Source: a virus
Virus record (IMG/VR): IMGVR_UViG_3300020152_000019
Length of the DNA stretch: 64,000 nt
Direction: 5' to 3' (one strand)
Shown: positions 7,856 to 18,171 of the stretch, piece after piece
Layout: each line of letters begins with the position of its first letter
How positions within the stretch are numbered: position 1 is the stretch's first letter
Notes under the pieces: model-generated
The model's database searches: none
What the model was told of the DNA's origin: nothing
The model's input: only the letters and a program-made list of their open reading frames with translations
Position numbers and translations under genes: made by a program

Positions 7856-10750
7856 ATGCGTATTAATATAGTAAATCAAGGTGGTTACGGTAACGGTGGG
7901 TTTGATATTGCGGGTGCAACCTTAACGGGTCCGCTTATTCTTGCCGCTGATCCTACCACTGGTCTTGAAGCTGCGACTAAACAGTATGTTGATAATGCGG
8001 TTAATTCGTTAAACGCTGGTCACATTACGACTGGTATTTTACCTGTAGGAAGACTGCCTGCGTTTACTGGTGACTTAACTAGTACAGCCGGAAGTAATAG
8101 TTTAACTTTATCTAACTCTGGTGTTATTGCCGGTACTTATACTAAAGTTACAGTCGATGTTAAAGGTAGAATTACCAATGGTTTAGCTTTAACTGTAGCG
8201 GACATTCCTGATCTTAGTTGGAATAAAATTACTACTGGCAAGCCAACTACGTTAGCCGGGTTTGGTATTACAGATGGTGTTAAAAATACCACTGATTCTG
8301 TTACTGGTTATTTGACGGCACACGCTGCACCTACCAACGCAACTCATGCAGCTACTAAAGCGTATGTTGATAGTTTGTCGTCTGGTTCTGGTTCTTTATC
8401 AGTCGGTGATACGATTCGTCGTCCTAGCAGTGTAACTCCCACGGGTTTCTTACGTTGTAACGGCGGGCAATTTAGTAAAACGACTTACCCTGCTTTATAT
8501 AGCGTTTTAAGTTCGATGTATAGTTCTTATGCTAATATCGATTATACTAGTTACGCTGCTATGGGTAATGGTCAACCTTGGCGTCAACAGTTCGGTTTTA
8601 AAACTTCTGATGTAACTGATATAACTGGTTGGAGTATACACGGAACATTACCAACAGAAGCTATGGATGACGGTCAAGTCATTGTCACTAAAAACCGTGT
8701 TTATATATTAGGTAAAAATGCTAAAGCTACTGTACTTACCGCTCCTATCAACGCCGACGGTACGTTAGGTACATGGACCACAGGTACAAATTTACCAGTA
8801 ATTCTTTTTAAATCTCAAGTTGTCGTCACTAAGAATCGTGTGTATTTATTAGGCGGTAAGACTAGCGCTACAATGCTTACTAGTACTGTATATACCGCTC
8901 CTATCAACACAGACGGCACCTTAGGTACCTGGTCAGCTAGCCCTAATAGTTTACCTGGTAATTTAGCGCAGAGTCAAGCAGTAGTTACTAAGAATAGAGT
9001 CTATTTATTAGGTGGTGGTGTTAGTACTAGTAATCGTACCGCTAATATTTATTACGCGCCTATTAATAGTGATGGTACGTTAGGAGTCTGGAGTAGTGAG
9101 GGTAGTTTACCAACTTCTTTAATGGACTCTCACGCTGTTGTCACTAAAAACCGCGTATATCTGTTAGGTGGAAATAATGGTTCAATTATATCTACTATCT
9201 ATACTGCACCCATTTTCGATGATGGAGTAATAGGTTCTTGGAGTGTTGCTAGTAGCAGTTTACCAGGTCCTTTAGCAGATTCTCAAGTTATAGTCACTAA
9301 GAATAGAGTGTTTACGTTAGGCGGGCGTGATGGTTCTGATAGACATTCTAATGTCTACACCGCTCCTATCAATGCCGACGGTACGTTAGGTAGTTGGACT
9401 ACTGGTACACCTTTACATTCAACATTAGCTAATTCACAAGCTATTGTTACTAAAAATCGTGTTTATTTATTAAGCGGATTGGATGCTAGTGGTCTAGGAT
9501 CAACTACTAATATTTATACTGCATTGTTACCTGGTAACGAATCTTTTAACGATTACTCTAATTTCTATAACGGTACCATTAATAAGTTTGACGGCTCTGA
9601 CATTTCTGGAACTATATTGTTAAAAGACGGATATAGCGATAGTTTAGATTATACTCAATCTGGTAACGGTCAGCCGTGGCGTCAACAATATCAAATAAAC
9701 ACCCAACAAAGTGGTGATATAACCAATTGGGCTTTTAGCGATTATCCCTTACCTGCGACTATTACTGAATCTCATTCCATTGTTACTAAGAATAGAATTT
9801 ACTTATTAGGCGGATCTATCAACAGTGCTTATAGCAGTACTGGTTATACTGCAACTATTAACGCTGATGGTACATTAAATTCATGGAACAGTATCTCGTT
9901 ACCAGCTTCATTTAGCTATAGTCAAGCAATAGTGACTAAAAATAGAGTGTATTTATTAGGTGGAAATGTTAATGGTAGTTATTCTACTTCAGTTTACACA
10001 GCACCGATCAATAGTGACGGTACGTTAGGCGAATGGACTACCGGAACATCATTACCATTAACTATAGTATTTTCTCATGCTTTAGTAACTAAAAATAGAG
10101 CCTACTTACTAGGCGGTGAAATAAATGGCGCTAACTCGTCCGCAGTTTATACTGCTCCTATTGACGCAAACGGCATGTTAGGTAGTTGGACTAACACTAA
10201 TAATAATTTACCAGCATTTGTTAAAAGATCTCAACTTGTAGTTACGAAGAATAGAGTATACCTCATAGGTGGTTTAGTAAATGGTTCTAACTCATCTAAC
10301 GTTTATACCGCACCTATTAACTCTGACGGCACATTAGGTGTATGGGCTACGGCAAGTAATTTACCTGTCTCTTTATATGGTTGCCAATCTATAGTTACTC
10401 AAAATAAAGTATATTTGTTAGGTGGGTATGCTAATGGTTCCTATAGCTCTACCGTATATACAGCCCCGATTAATGCCGATGGAACTTTAGGTAATTGGAC
10501 TACTGGAACATCGTTACCAGGAAGTACAATGCTATCTCAAGCTGTAGTTGTAAAGAATAAAATATATTTAATAGGCGGAAATAATGGTTCGAATCTTGCT
10601 ACTATACATGTTGCGCCTATTTTAGGGGGTTTGAATGATTATTCTCCTTACTATAATGGCACTATAATTCCTGTTGAATCTGGTAATTTTAAATTACCGG
10701 ATACTACGTTAACTGATCCTGTTGGCATCTATACTTTTATCAAATACTAA
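7856..10750 (+). CDS. tail fibre/receptor-binding protein with collar domain and two six-bladed Kelch-like propellers
   Basis: AATKQYVD fibre repeats, GFLRCNG...YPALY collar motif, 12 (V/I)TKNRVYLLGG-type repeats, C-terminal FKLPD...FIKY. Confidence 0.85.
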   Translation: MRINIVNQGGYGNGGFDIAGATLTGPLILAADPTTGLEAATKQYVDNAVNSLNAGHITTGILPVGRLPAFTGDLTSTAGSNSLTLSNSGVIAGTYTKVTVDVKGRITNGLALTVADIPDLSWNKITTGKPTTLAGFGITDGVKNTTDSVTGYLTAHAAPTNATHAATKAYVDSLSSGSGSLSVGDTIRRPSSVTPTGFLRCNGGQFSKTTYPALYSVLSSMYSSYANIDYTSYAAMGNGQPWRQQFGFKTSDVTDITGWSIHGTLPTEAMDDGQVIVTKNRVYILGKNAKATVLTAPINADGTLGTWTTGTNLPVILFKSQVVVTKNRVYLLGGKTSATMLTSTVYTAPINTDGTLGTWSASPNSLPGNLAQSQAVVTKNRVYLLGGGVSTSNRTANIYYAPINSDGTLGVWSSEGSLPTSLMDSHAVVTKNRVYLLGGNNGSIISTIYTAPIFDDGVIGSWSVASSSLPGPLADSQVIVTKNRVFTLGGRDGSDRHSNVYTAPINADGTLGSWTTGTPLHSTLANSQAIVTKNRVYLLSGLDASGLGSTTNIYTALLPGNESFNDYSNFYNGTINKFDGSDISGTILLKDGYSDSLDYTQSGNGQPWRQQYQINTQQSGDITNWAFSDYPLPATITESHSIVTKNRIYLLGGSINSAYSSTGYTATINADGTLNSWNSISLPASFSYSQAIVTKNRVYLLGGNVNGSYSTSVYTAPINSDGTLGEWTTGTSLPLTIVFSHALVTKNRAYLLGGEINGANSSAVYTAPIDANGMLGSWTNTNNNLPAFVKRSQLVVTKNRVYLIGGLVNGSNSSNVYTAPINSDGTLGVWATASNLPVSLYGCQSIVTQNKVYLLGGYANGSYSSTVYTAPINADGTLGNWTTGTSLPGSTMLSQAVVVKNKIYLIGGNNGSNLATIHVAPILGGLNDYSPYYNGTIIPVESGNFKLPDTTLTDPVGIYTFIKY

Positions 10751-10756
10751 AATAGC

Positions 10757-10788
10757 AAGACACTACCAGGAACTCCTGGTAGTGTCTT
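10757..10788. terminator. bidirectional intrinsic terminator
   Basis: 14-bp hairpin AAGACACTACCAGG/CCTGGTAGTGTCTT. Confidence 0.85.
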
Positions 10789-10798
10789 ATCTCTATCA

Positions 10799-11110
10799 TT
10801 ATTTAAAAAACTTATCTTCGTTCTCTTTAAGAAAAGGAAGAATTACAATCCGGATATCGTCTAACCAACCATTCACATCCGTCGCGATATTAAGTGCTAA
10901 CCTAATTTGACTCGGAACAATATGTTCGCTATCCACTAGAATACCGTAAAACAACATCGTCAACATCGTGCGTTGAAGTTGGTTGTTTTTATCGTATGCG
11001 TCAATATAATGTTGACTCGATTTAATAGCATGAACACTGTTAGGATTAAACTGTAATCTTTCCATTTCTGAAATGATTATAGTACATAGGTTTATATTAA
11101 TATCGCTCAT
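10799..11110 (-). CDS. hypothetical protein
   Basis: 103 aa with GAGG RBS. Confidence 0.7.
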   Translation of the reverse strand: MSDININLCTIIISEMERLQFNPNSVHAIKSSQHYIDAYDKNNQLQRTMLTMLFYGILVDSEHIVPSQIRLALNIATDVNGWLDDIRIVILPFLKENEDKFFK

Positions 11111-11137
11111 AATTGCCTCTTAAGAATTTTTTAAAGA

Positions 11138-11560
11138 ATGAATCATACTTTAGTTATAACCACTATGGTCATATATATGTTATCCTTTTTTAAAAAATTA
11201 TTTACTAAGCAGCCTGTTGTTGTTAACGAAGAGGATGAGCTGTACTCTAAACTTCTAGAAATGGTGCATTATGAAAAACTGCATTCACTCATGTACTCTC
11301 CCGTTAATAAGCTGTATATACTTAATACGTATACTGCTGATTTTAACGATCTCATCAGTAATCTTTATAACAGTCATTTCCATCGACAGATTATTGCGAT
11401 TAATATTCATTCTTATTTTCAAAATAGCAAAGTCGATATCCAAAACGATCTTGAAAGAATCACTAAGTGTTTAAGAGATCATAAACCCAACGCGCAGCTA
11501 CAACATGATCTCCATGAAATAGTGAATGCTTTTGAGTACTTTAAGTCAATGGAGAAATAG
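11138..11560 (+). CDS. hypothetical protein
   Basis: 140-aa ORF; the start may be an internal Met. Confidence 0.7.
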   Translation: MNHTLVITTMVIYMLSFFKKLFTKQPVVVNEEDELYSKLLEMVHYEKLHSLMYSPVNKLYILNTYTADFNDLISNLYNSHFHRQIIAINIHSYFQNSKVDIQNDLERITKCLRDHKPNAQLQHDLHEIVNAFEYFKSMEK

Positions 11561-11562
11561 AA

Positions 11563-12378
11563 ATGTCCGAAAGTAATCTGAAACTACATTCGTTAGGTAT
11601 TGTAGTAGAGACGAAACCAGAAGGCACTGATTTTATTCTGGTCACGCCTATTGAAGAATTGAATATTCAAACTCCTGGCAACATTAAGGAGTATAAGAAA
11701 GAATATGAAGGTAGTAAGAAAGAGTTAGAATCGACTAACTTTAAAACAGAACACGAAGCTAAAAATTATCTCAGAGCGAAATGGCTTCCTTTTGGTCATA
11801 GCAATCGTAACAGTGCACCAGATGTGGTAGCAAACGAAACCGTTGTATTGTTTAAGTTTGCTGATGTGGATGAATATTACTGGACGACGATTTTCCGTGA
11901 ACCTGAGTTGCGTCGTCAAGAAACCGTTCAATATGCTTTCTCAAATCTTCCTAAAGGTATTGCTGCTTTTGATAAAGATACGAGTTATTGGATAGAAGTC
12001 TCTACCAAACATAAATACGTCCATCTTCATACCAGCAATAACGATAAAGAACACACGACCTACGATATCAAGATAGATACCAAGAAAGGTAACATTGAGA
12101 TTAAAGACGGTAAGAAGAATAACATCTTGTTTGATAGCGCAACAAATAGTTTAACTGTCAATACAGAAAATGCTCTTACTATTAATACTAAGAACATAGT
12201 GAATGTGAATACAAAAATAGCTAACATTGTAGCAAGTAGTGAGATGAATATCACTTCTCCAAATATCAATATGACTGGTAATGTTAATGTCTCCGGAAAC
12301 ATTAATGGTAAAGGTGACATCAAAGCTGCTGGTTCGATCATGGATGCTGGTGGTAATAGTAACCATCACTCGCATTAA
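11563..12378 (+). CDS. baseplate central spike protein
   Basis: OB-like N-terminus, repetitive beta-helix (NITSPNINMTGNVNVSGNI) and terminal HSH iron-binding apex motif as in P2 gpV-type spikes. Confidence 0.8.
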   Translation: MSESNLKLHSLGIVVETKPEGTDFILVTPIEELNIQTPGNIKEYKKEYEGSKKELESTNFKTEHEAKNYLRAKWLPFGHSNRNSAPDVVANETVVLFKFADVDEYYWTTIFREPELRRQETVQYAFSNLPKGIAAFDKDTSYWIEVSTKHKYVHLHTSNNDKEHTTYDIKIDTKKGNIEIKDGKKNNILFDSATNSLTVNTENALTINTKNIVNVNTKIANIVASSEMNITSPNINMTGNVNVSGNINGKGDIKAAGSIMDAGGNSNHHSH

Positions 12379-12429
12379 AAAATATTTCAATTCTCATCCT
12401 CTGATCCAATATAACTCACAGGGAACATC

Positions 12430-13854
12430 ATGCGATTAATGTTCAATAATACGCCTGCATTTACTGAAGTAGATCCGAACAAAATTCTGTACAATGTAGG
12501 AGCACTGATTGACCATTTGACAGGTAAATATGTTAAAGGTCAAAAAGGTGAAAATATCCTGAATGGCGGCTTGAGTGTGTTCACTGCTGTCATGGGTAAA
12601 CCGAATACTTATAAGACCAAGTTCGCACGGTATATGATGCTCTCGGCTGCTAGTAAAGTAGCTTATTCTGGTATCTTACCGTATATGAATACTTACGATA
12701 CAGAAGTTAACGTAGACGTAGATCACTGTCTGTCTTTAGCGCATAAGTTTGAACCGTTCCAAGGACACGATCTCATTAAAATGAAAGCGTGGAATATCAC
12801 TGATAAGACTCATCATCTTGGTAACGAATGGTTTAAGATGTTGAAAGACTTTCTGCGTGGTGAGAAGATCAAGAACCGTAAGGAATATACAATGGCTACT
12901 CCTTTTATTGATAAGGAGCTTAAAGTCATGTATACGATCTTCCCGTCTTTCAATGACCTAGATAGTGTATCGGAATTCCAAACTTCCGCTACCGAAGAAA
13001 TTCAGAACAAGAATGAAATCGGTGACTCTGGTGGTAATACGATTCACATGCGTGGTGGTCTTGATAAGACTCGTTTGTTGATGGAAATTCCTGGTATCTG
13101 TAATGCCGCTTCACATTACATGATCATGACTGCTCACATCGGTAAAGAAATTCCGATGGGTCAAGGTCCGATGGCAGCAATTCCGACGAAACAATTGCCG
13201 CACATGAAACCGGGTGAAGTGGTTAAAGGTGTTGCAGGTAAGTTCTTGTATCTGTCGAATCTGCTTTGGCAAACGACTCATGCTTCTCTGCTTAATAATC
13301 AAACGACTAAAGGTCCGGAATATCCTAAGACTCGTGAACAAGTCGATGAAGGTAGTGTAGACTTGAATCTTGTTACTGTCAAACTTGTGCGTAATAAGTT
13401 TGGTCCGAGTGGTTATAGCGTGGATCTAGTGATTTCGCAATCGGATGGTGTGTTACCTACACTGACTGAGTTCCATTATATCAAAGAGCATGGTCGCTTT
13501 GGTTTGGAAGGTAACGATCGTAACTACAGTCTTGCACTGTATCCTGGTGTTAATCTCCAACGTACTACCGTGCGTAGTCAGATTGACGCTGATCCGTTAC
13601 TGCGTCGCGCTATTAAGATCACCGCTGATCTGTTACAAATTAAGACGTACCATAAGAACATCACGTTAGAAATTCCTGATCTAAAACTGCTGTACGAAAA
13701 GCTTGACAAACAGTACGGTTGGAAGACGATTCTGGAAACGCGTGACTTCTGGACGTTTAACAATTATGAACACGCTGTACCGTTCCTTTCTACTTTAGAC
13801 ATTCTTGAAATGTATCACGACAAGTATGTCCCTTATTGGTATAAGAAAAAATGA
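12430..13854 (+). CDS. uvsX: RecA/UvsX-like recombinase ATPase
   Basis: Walker A GKPNTYKT, RecA-type strands (YMIMTAH, VKLVRNKFG). Confidence 0.8.
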   Translation: MRLMFNNTPAFTEVDPNKILYNVGALIDHLTGKYVKGQKGENILNGGLSVFTAVMGKPNTYKTKFARYMMLSAASKVAYSGILPYMNTYDTEVNVDVDHCLSLAHKFEPFQGHDLIKMKAWNITDKTHHLGNEWFKMLKDFLRGEKIKNRKEYTMATPFIDKELKVMYTIFPSFNDLDSVSEFQTSATEEIQNKNEIGDSGGNTIHMRGGLDKTRLLMEIPGICNAASHYMIMTAHIGKEIPMGQGPMAAIPTKQLPHMKPGEVVKGVAGKFLYLSNLLWQTTHASLLNNQTTKGPEYPKTREQVDEGSVDLNLVTVKLVRNKFGPSGYSVDLVISQSDGVLPTLTEFHYIKEHGRFGLEGNDRNYSLALYPGVNLQRTTVRSQIDADPLLRRAIKITADLLQIKTYHKNITLEIPDLKLLYEKLDKQYGWKTILETRDFWTFNNYEHAVPFLSTLDILEMYHDKYVPYWYKKK

Positions 13855-14306
13855 ACACTAATGTAATTCTTCAACCCGTATCGACTGATAACATATTAGC
13901 TTTGCTAGAGCAACAAAAGGATAACTTTCACGCTCTAGCAGAGTTTGTTAAGAGTAAAGATATTAAACCTTCGAGAATCTTCCTTCCGCAAACTCTAAAG
14001 GTATTGGATGCAGAGTTTAGCGTGAGGGAAGACCTCATTCTCGATTGCATCGATTATCTTGATGTAATAAAAATTTACAGCATCAGTGTATATGGTGATA
14101 GCGAAAGTTACCTTGAGGAAATAAAACGAACCATCGTTGAGAATAGAACTGCGAATTCAAACGCTACTATTCTTGCTCAAGATGCACTCGATGACTTTAT
14201 GTTTACTTCTAAGGAGGAAGCAACAACCTTTTTAAATAACAATAAATTATTGATAGCACTCTATCTATATTCTTTAGTTAATCTAATTTTTTATACAGAA
14301 GCTTAA
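13851..14306 (+). CDS. hypothetical protein
   Basis: 151 aa, overlaps the uvsX stop. Confidence 0.75.
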   Translation: MNTNVILQPVSTDNILALLEQQKDNFHALAEFVKSKDIKPSRIFLPQTLKVLDAEFSVREDLILDCIDYLDVIKIYSISVYGDSESYLEEIKRTIVENRTANSNATILAQDALDDFMFTSKEEATTFLNNNKLLIALYLYSLVNLIFYTEA

Positions 14307-14317
14307 GGGGAAATAAC

Positions 14318-15064
14318 ATGTCGCAACAAAAAGGTAAAATTAGTTTTAAGGATCTTAAGAAACAATTTAAGTCCAACGCTTATTACAACAGCCCCAATAA
14401 CGCTGGTAAAGAAGGCGAAGACCATATTAACATCAGTATTCAATCCGAAACTCGTCTTGGTAAGCTTCTAGACCCGGCTTATTTGAAGACGATCAATTAC
14501 CGTTATGTCGGTAAGTTTAACTCGGTCATGAGTCTGTGGTACTGGGTGCGCTCTCCGCAACTGGATGACAACTACCGTCGTCTGACCGGTCAAAAACTGA
14601 AAATGTACGCAGAAGCCAATGGCGTGTTTGGAAACTATATTCCGAACTTCAAAGCGATCATTGCTAAAGCCACTTGGGTGAAAGTAAAAGGTTACCCTAA
14701 CGTTCTGAAGGAAATTAAAGAACTTGATCCCAATATCAAGTTTTATTCTTATCATATCGTTAAGGCAAGCAATCTGCGCATCTGCACGAACTACGCTGCT
14801 ATGATCATTGAAATTGTGCAAGAGATCATTAAAGCAGTGAAGGAAAATCGTGAACCTAACTTTGAGATGTTCGTGGATAAACCGCATGTAGCTGGTCTGG
14901 ATTACCTCGAAGGCGTTCTGACTAAGATCCTTCCGAAAGAGAAGATCGAAGAAATGAAGGCACAAGGTGTTGAAACGGAAGAAGCTAACACTCTTGAAGA
15001 AGGTCAAGCTCCTACTGAAGATGATGCACGAGAAGAGAAAGCTCCTAGTGAAGCGACAAGCTAA
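14318..15064 (+). CDS. possible divergent NADAR/YbiA-like protein
   Basis: DHINISIQSETRLGKLL...GKFNSVMSLWYWV...RRLTG pattern; acidic tail. Confidence 0.4.
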   Translation: MSQQKGKISFKDLKKQFKSNAYYNSPNNAGKEGEDHINISIQSETRLGKLLDPAYLKTINYRYVGKFNSVMSLWYWVRSPQLDDNYRRLTGQKLKMYAEANGVFGNYIPNFKAIIAKATWVKVKGYPNVLKEIKELDPNIKFYSYHIVKASNLRICTNYAAMIIEIVQEIIKAVKENREPNFEMFVDKPHVAGLDYLEGVLTKILPKEKIEEMKAQGVETEEANTLEEGQAPTEDDAREEKAPSEATS

Positions 15065-15076
15065 CCTTTAGCTTAA

Positions 15077-15116
15077 AGATCATGACCTACAGGTGAAAGC
15101 CTGTAGGTCATGATTT
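15077..15116 (+). terminator. intrinsic terminator
   Basis: long hairpin ATCATGACCTACAGG/CCTGTAGGTCATGAT. Confidence 0.8.
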
Positions 15117-15141
15117 GATCACATAGCTAGAAAGGTCTATC

Positions 15142-15987
15142 ATGAATGCCCTGTTATACGCAATAAACGAAATCAATCACCAGATCCCGGCAGAGATTAT
15201 TCACGCAGGAATGACTATTGATGAACAACCCACTACGGTGAATTTAACTTCTCTTGATGATAAAATTCTTCGTAAAGTGTTAAAGAAAAGAGTGCTGGTA
15301 GACGCAAATATCGTCGGTGGTATCGAAGCTATCATCCCGTTAAATAACATTCAACCTAGCTTCTTTGAACACTTCTATACGGTATATCAGATTGCTCCAG
15401 AGTTAACCAATAACAAAGAAATCATTTCTGCGTTAAGTATTGCGTTTATGCCCGCAAATGGTTACTTCGGTCAAGTAGGTGGCGCACCAGGTTCTGCTGG
15501 TTTATCGAATAACTCTTCTTTAAGTGGCTTTAATACCTTTAATCCACTCATGAGTGTTGCAGATAGAATTGGTAATTCTGCTTCTACTACGGGTGTGTTA
15601 AGTAACGCGCATATTGAAATCGTAGGGTATAACACCTTATTAATTTATGCTCATTACCGCACTCTGGCAAACTTTGGTGTAAGAGTGGTGTTGGAAAATG
15701 ATAGTAACTTAAATAACTTACAACCGAGAAGTTATAAAAACTTTAGTATGCTTTGTGTGTTAGGTGTGAAGGCATACTTATATAACAAATTGATCATTGC
15801 TATTAACAGTGGTTATTTAGCTGGTGGTCAAGATCTGGGAATGTTCAAGAGTATTCTTGAAAACTATTCTACTGCAGAAGAAGACTACAATAACTTCTTA
15901 AAGAATGTGTGGGCTTCTACAGCGTTTATGAATGACACAACGAGATATAATCGTTATCTCGGCTCCATGATTGCTCCTGATCTTTAA
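15142..15987 (+). CDS. putative virion structural protein
   Basis: 281 aa; phiKZ-group structural protein resemblance (recalled). Confidence 0.5.
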   Translation: MNALLYAINEINHQIPAEIIHAGMTIDEQPTTVNLTSLDDKILRKVLKKRVLVDANIVGGIEAIIPLNNIQPSFFEHFYTVYQIAPELTNNKEIISALSIAFMPANGYFGQVGGAPGSAGLSNNSSLSGFNTFNPLMSVADRIGNSASTTGVLSNAHIEIVGYNTLLIYAHYRTLANFGVRVVLENDSNLNNLQPRSYKNFSMLCVLGVKAYLYNKLIIAINSGYLAGGQDLGMFKSILENYSTAEEDYNNFLKNVWASTAFMNDTTRYNRYLGSMIAPDL

Positions 15988-16097
15988 GCTAATATACACT
16001 CCTTGGATGAATTTCCAAGGAGTGTAACTATTATAAAAACTAATCATAAAAGAAATAGTACGGTGAAGTTATTAGTAATATCTTAAAGGATATAGTC

Positions 16098-16583
16098 ATG
16101 AACTTGGAACAGAAGAAAATTACAAGAGAAATCAATAAAGCTTTGAATGACGGTTTTAAGATCGATACTGATTCGGATCAACAATATCTGGATGGTCAGG
16201 ATTATAACTGGAACGATCTGAATAATTTTAAAGAAGAATTAGGAAGTAGTGTTGTGAAATTTGCACAACAAGTTAGTGAAATCACGGTTCGTCCGGAGAT
16301 TATTAACAATCTTGGCGATAAACGCGAACACTTTAATAAAGTCGTGACAGTCTTCTTTAACGACATCAATAGCTTTAGCAATAAAGTTAAAGAATTGCGT
16401 TTGCAACATGAACAGTTCTCGGGTCCGGTGAAAGATATTAACGAATTCAATCTGTATAACCGACTCGCTATTAGCTATCAAGCGCTATATACGGAACTGA
16501 CTACGTTAATCACTCCTACACTTAGTGATATCATGTTGACTGTTACCGAAATCCTCGGATCGGTAATCGAACAACCTACTTAA
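16098..16583 (+). CDS. hypothetical protein
   Basis: 161 aa, AAGGA RBS. Confidence 0.75.
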   Translation: MNLEQKKITREINKALNDGFKIDTDSDQQYLDGQDYNWNDLNNFKEELGSSVVKFAQQVSEITVRPEIINNLGDKREHFNKVVTVFFNDINSFSNKVKELRLQHEQFSGPVKDINEFNLYNRLAISYQALYTELTTLITPTLSDIMLTVTEILGSVIEQPT

Positions 16584-16608
16584 TAAAAAAAGTATTAGGG
16601 AGTAAGTA

Positions 16609-18171
16609 ATGAGTATTAATGAACCTAATGAAGAAAAAGTAACTGAGCACACACTACCGGTAGGGGAGGTGTCTAATGAAAACAATAAAAACGAACAAGT
16701 CGATGCGCAGGAAGTTACAGCGTATCCAGACCCAGCGAATGCTAAACCAGAACAAACCGTTCGATCCAGCAACGCTATTCAGACTGATGAATATTCCAAT
16801 AACACCTTCAAGCTTGGAAATTATTCTATATCTCTGCCTTCTCTTGGTCTTTTTGATTTTAATGCTAAGCTCAGGCGCTTTAACAATTCCAATCTAGAAG
16901 ATAAGATGGAAAGCCTTGAAGACTGGAAAGAATTGACCGAACAATCGATCAATTATTACACTGTCGGTGGTTTGTATCAAGATCGCTTTATCGATGAGAA
17001 GTCCCAGTTTAAACAAGGTATCGAGACGAAAGATGGGGATTTAAATACCATCTCGACGTTGAAGTTTAAGAAGACGGAAGGTGAACTTAAAGGCGAGATC
17101 GCTCTCCTTAAAGTTTCCAAGATGCTGGGTCTAGGAGATGTGATCAACGTTCCGCTACCGCACTCCGGTATTTGGGTAACGATTAAACCTCCTACTGAAA
17201 AAGATCTGATTGATTTTTATAACAGCATTTTCCGTGAAAAGATTATGTTGGGCAGAGCGACCTTTGGTCTTACTCTGACAAATTTCTCAGTACACATCAA
17301 TAACCGTTTGTTTGATTTTATTATCAAGCATATCCATAGCGTTAACTTCGGTGATATTCCTAAGGAAGAGTTAAAGAATTATGTACTCATCCATGACTTC
17401 CCGATTTTAGCATGGGGGTTTGCATGTACGATGTATCCGAATGGTTTCGAATACCAACGTGCTTGTGTAGACGACATTGAAGCGTGTTCTTACATTGCTA
17501 AAGCCACCCTGAATTTGACCAAACTTCTGTGGGTAGATAATTTCTCTCTGACTGACGCACAGAAAATCATTCTGGAAGAATTCAGACCGAATAAGCTTTC
17601 TATTGAAAACTATCGTAAATTCATTAGTGAACATACTCGGGTCACTAGTTCTACGTTCACCACGAAGAATGGTATTAAGTTCAAGCTTAAGATTCCGACC
17701 TTTAATGAGTATACCACGGATGGTCTTGCATGGATTAGTAGTATTAATTCTGCCATTGAAAATCTGATTCTTGCGGAATCTGATCAAGATCAAGCAGATG
17801 ACGCTAAGACGGAAATGCTCAATCAGTATGTAAAGACTTCGATTCTGCGTCAGTTTAATCACTTCGTCGATTACATTGAAGTAGAAGACAATGTCATTAC
17901 TGATCGCGCAACGATTAATCAAGTGCTCGAAGTGTTCTCGTCAGAAGACGATATTCGTGGAGAGATTACTGAAAATATCTTAAAGTTCAAAGCGAAGACC
18001 ACCATTGGTTTGATTGGTATTCCTGAATATAAATGCCCGAATTGTGGTAAGTCCCAGAACCCGACGCCGACGAACGATCACTTCGTTAACGTTATTCCTC
18101 TGGACGCGATGAACCTTTTTTTTACGCTAATAACTTTAAGAATTTCGAAGATCCTAGAGAGGGAAGTGTAA
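16609..18171 (+). CDS. putative tail/baseplate assembly chaperone (G-like product)
   Basis: 520 aa, C-terminal CPNCG, ends just after a T8 slippery run. Confidence 0.55.
   Translation: MSINEPNEEKVTEHTLPVGEVSNENNKNEQVDAQEVTAYPDPANAKPEQTVRSSNAIQTDEYSNNTFKLGNYSISLPSLGLFDFNAKLRRFNNSNLEDKMESLEDWKELTEQSINYYTVGGLYQDRFIDEKSQFKQGIETKDGDLNTISTLKFKKTEGELKGEIALLKVSKMLGLGDVINVPLPHSGIWVTIKPPTEKDLIDFYNSIFREKIMLGRATFGLTLTNFSVHINNRLFDFIIKHIHSVNFGDIPKEELKNYVLIHDFPILAWGFACTMYPNGFEYQRACVDDIEACSYIAKATLNLTKLLWVDNFSLTDAQKIILEEFRPNKLSIENYRKFISEHTRVTSSTFTTKNGIKFKLKIPTFNEYTTDGLAWISSINSAIENLILAESDQDQADDAKTEMLNQYVKTSILRQFNHFVDYIEVEDNVITDRATINQVLEVFSSEDDIRGEITENILKFKAKTTIGLIGIPEYKCPNCGKSQNPTPTNDHFVNVIPLDAMNLFFTLITLRISKILEREV

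Noticed and set aside
8600-10600. Regularly spaced repeats in the fibre genes as a CRISPR array or DGR
   Set aside because: They are in-frame protein blades with synonymous variation; no constant repeats, no reverse transcriptase and no adenine-specific TR/VR pair
14468-15007. Antisense ORFs inside core genes (also 2638..3042, 17407..17922, 31204..31644 and others)
   Set aside because: Fully nested opposite well-supported genes
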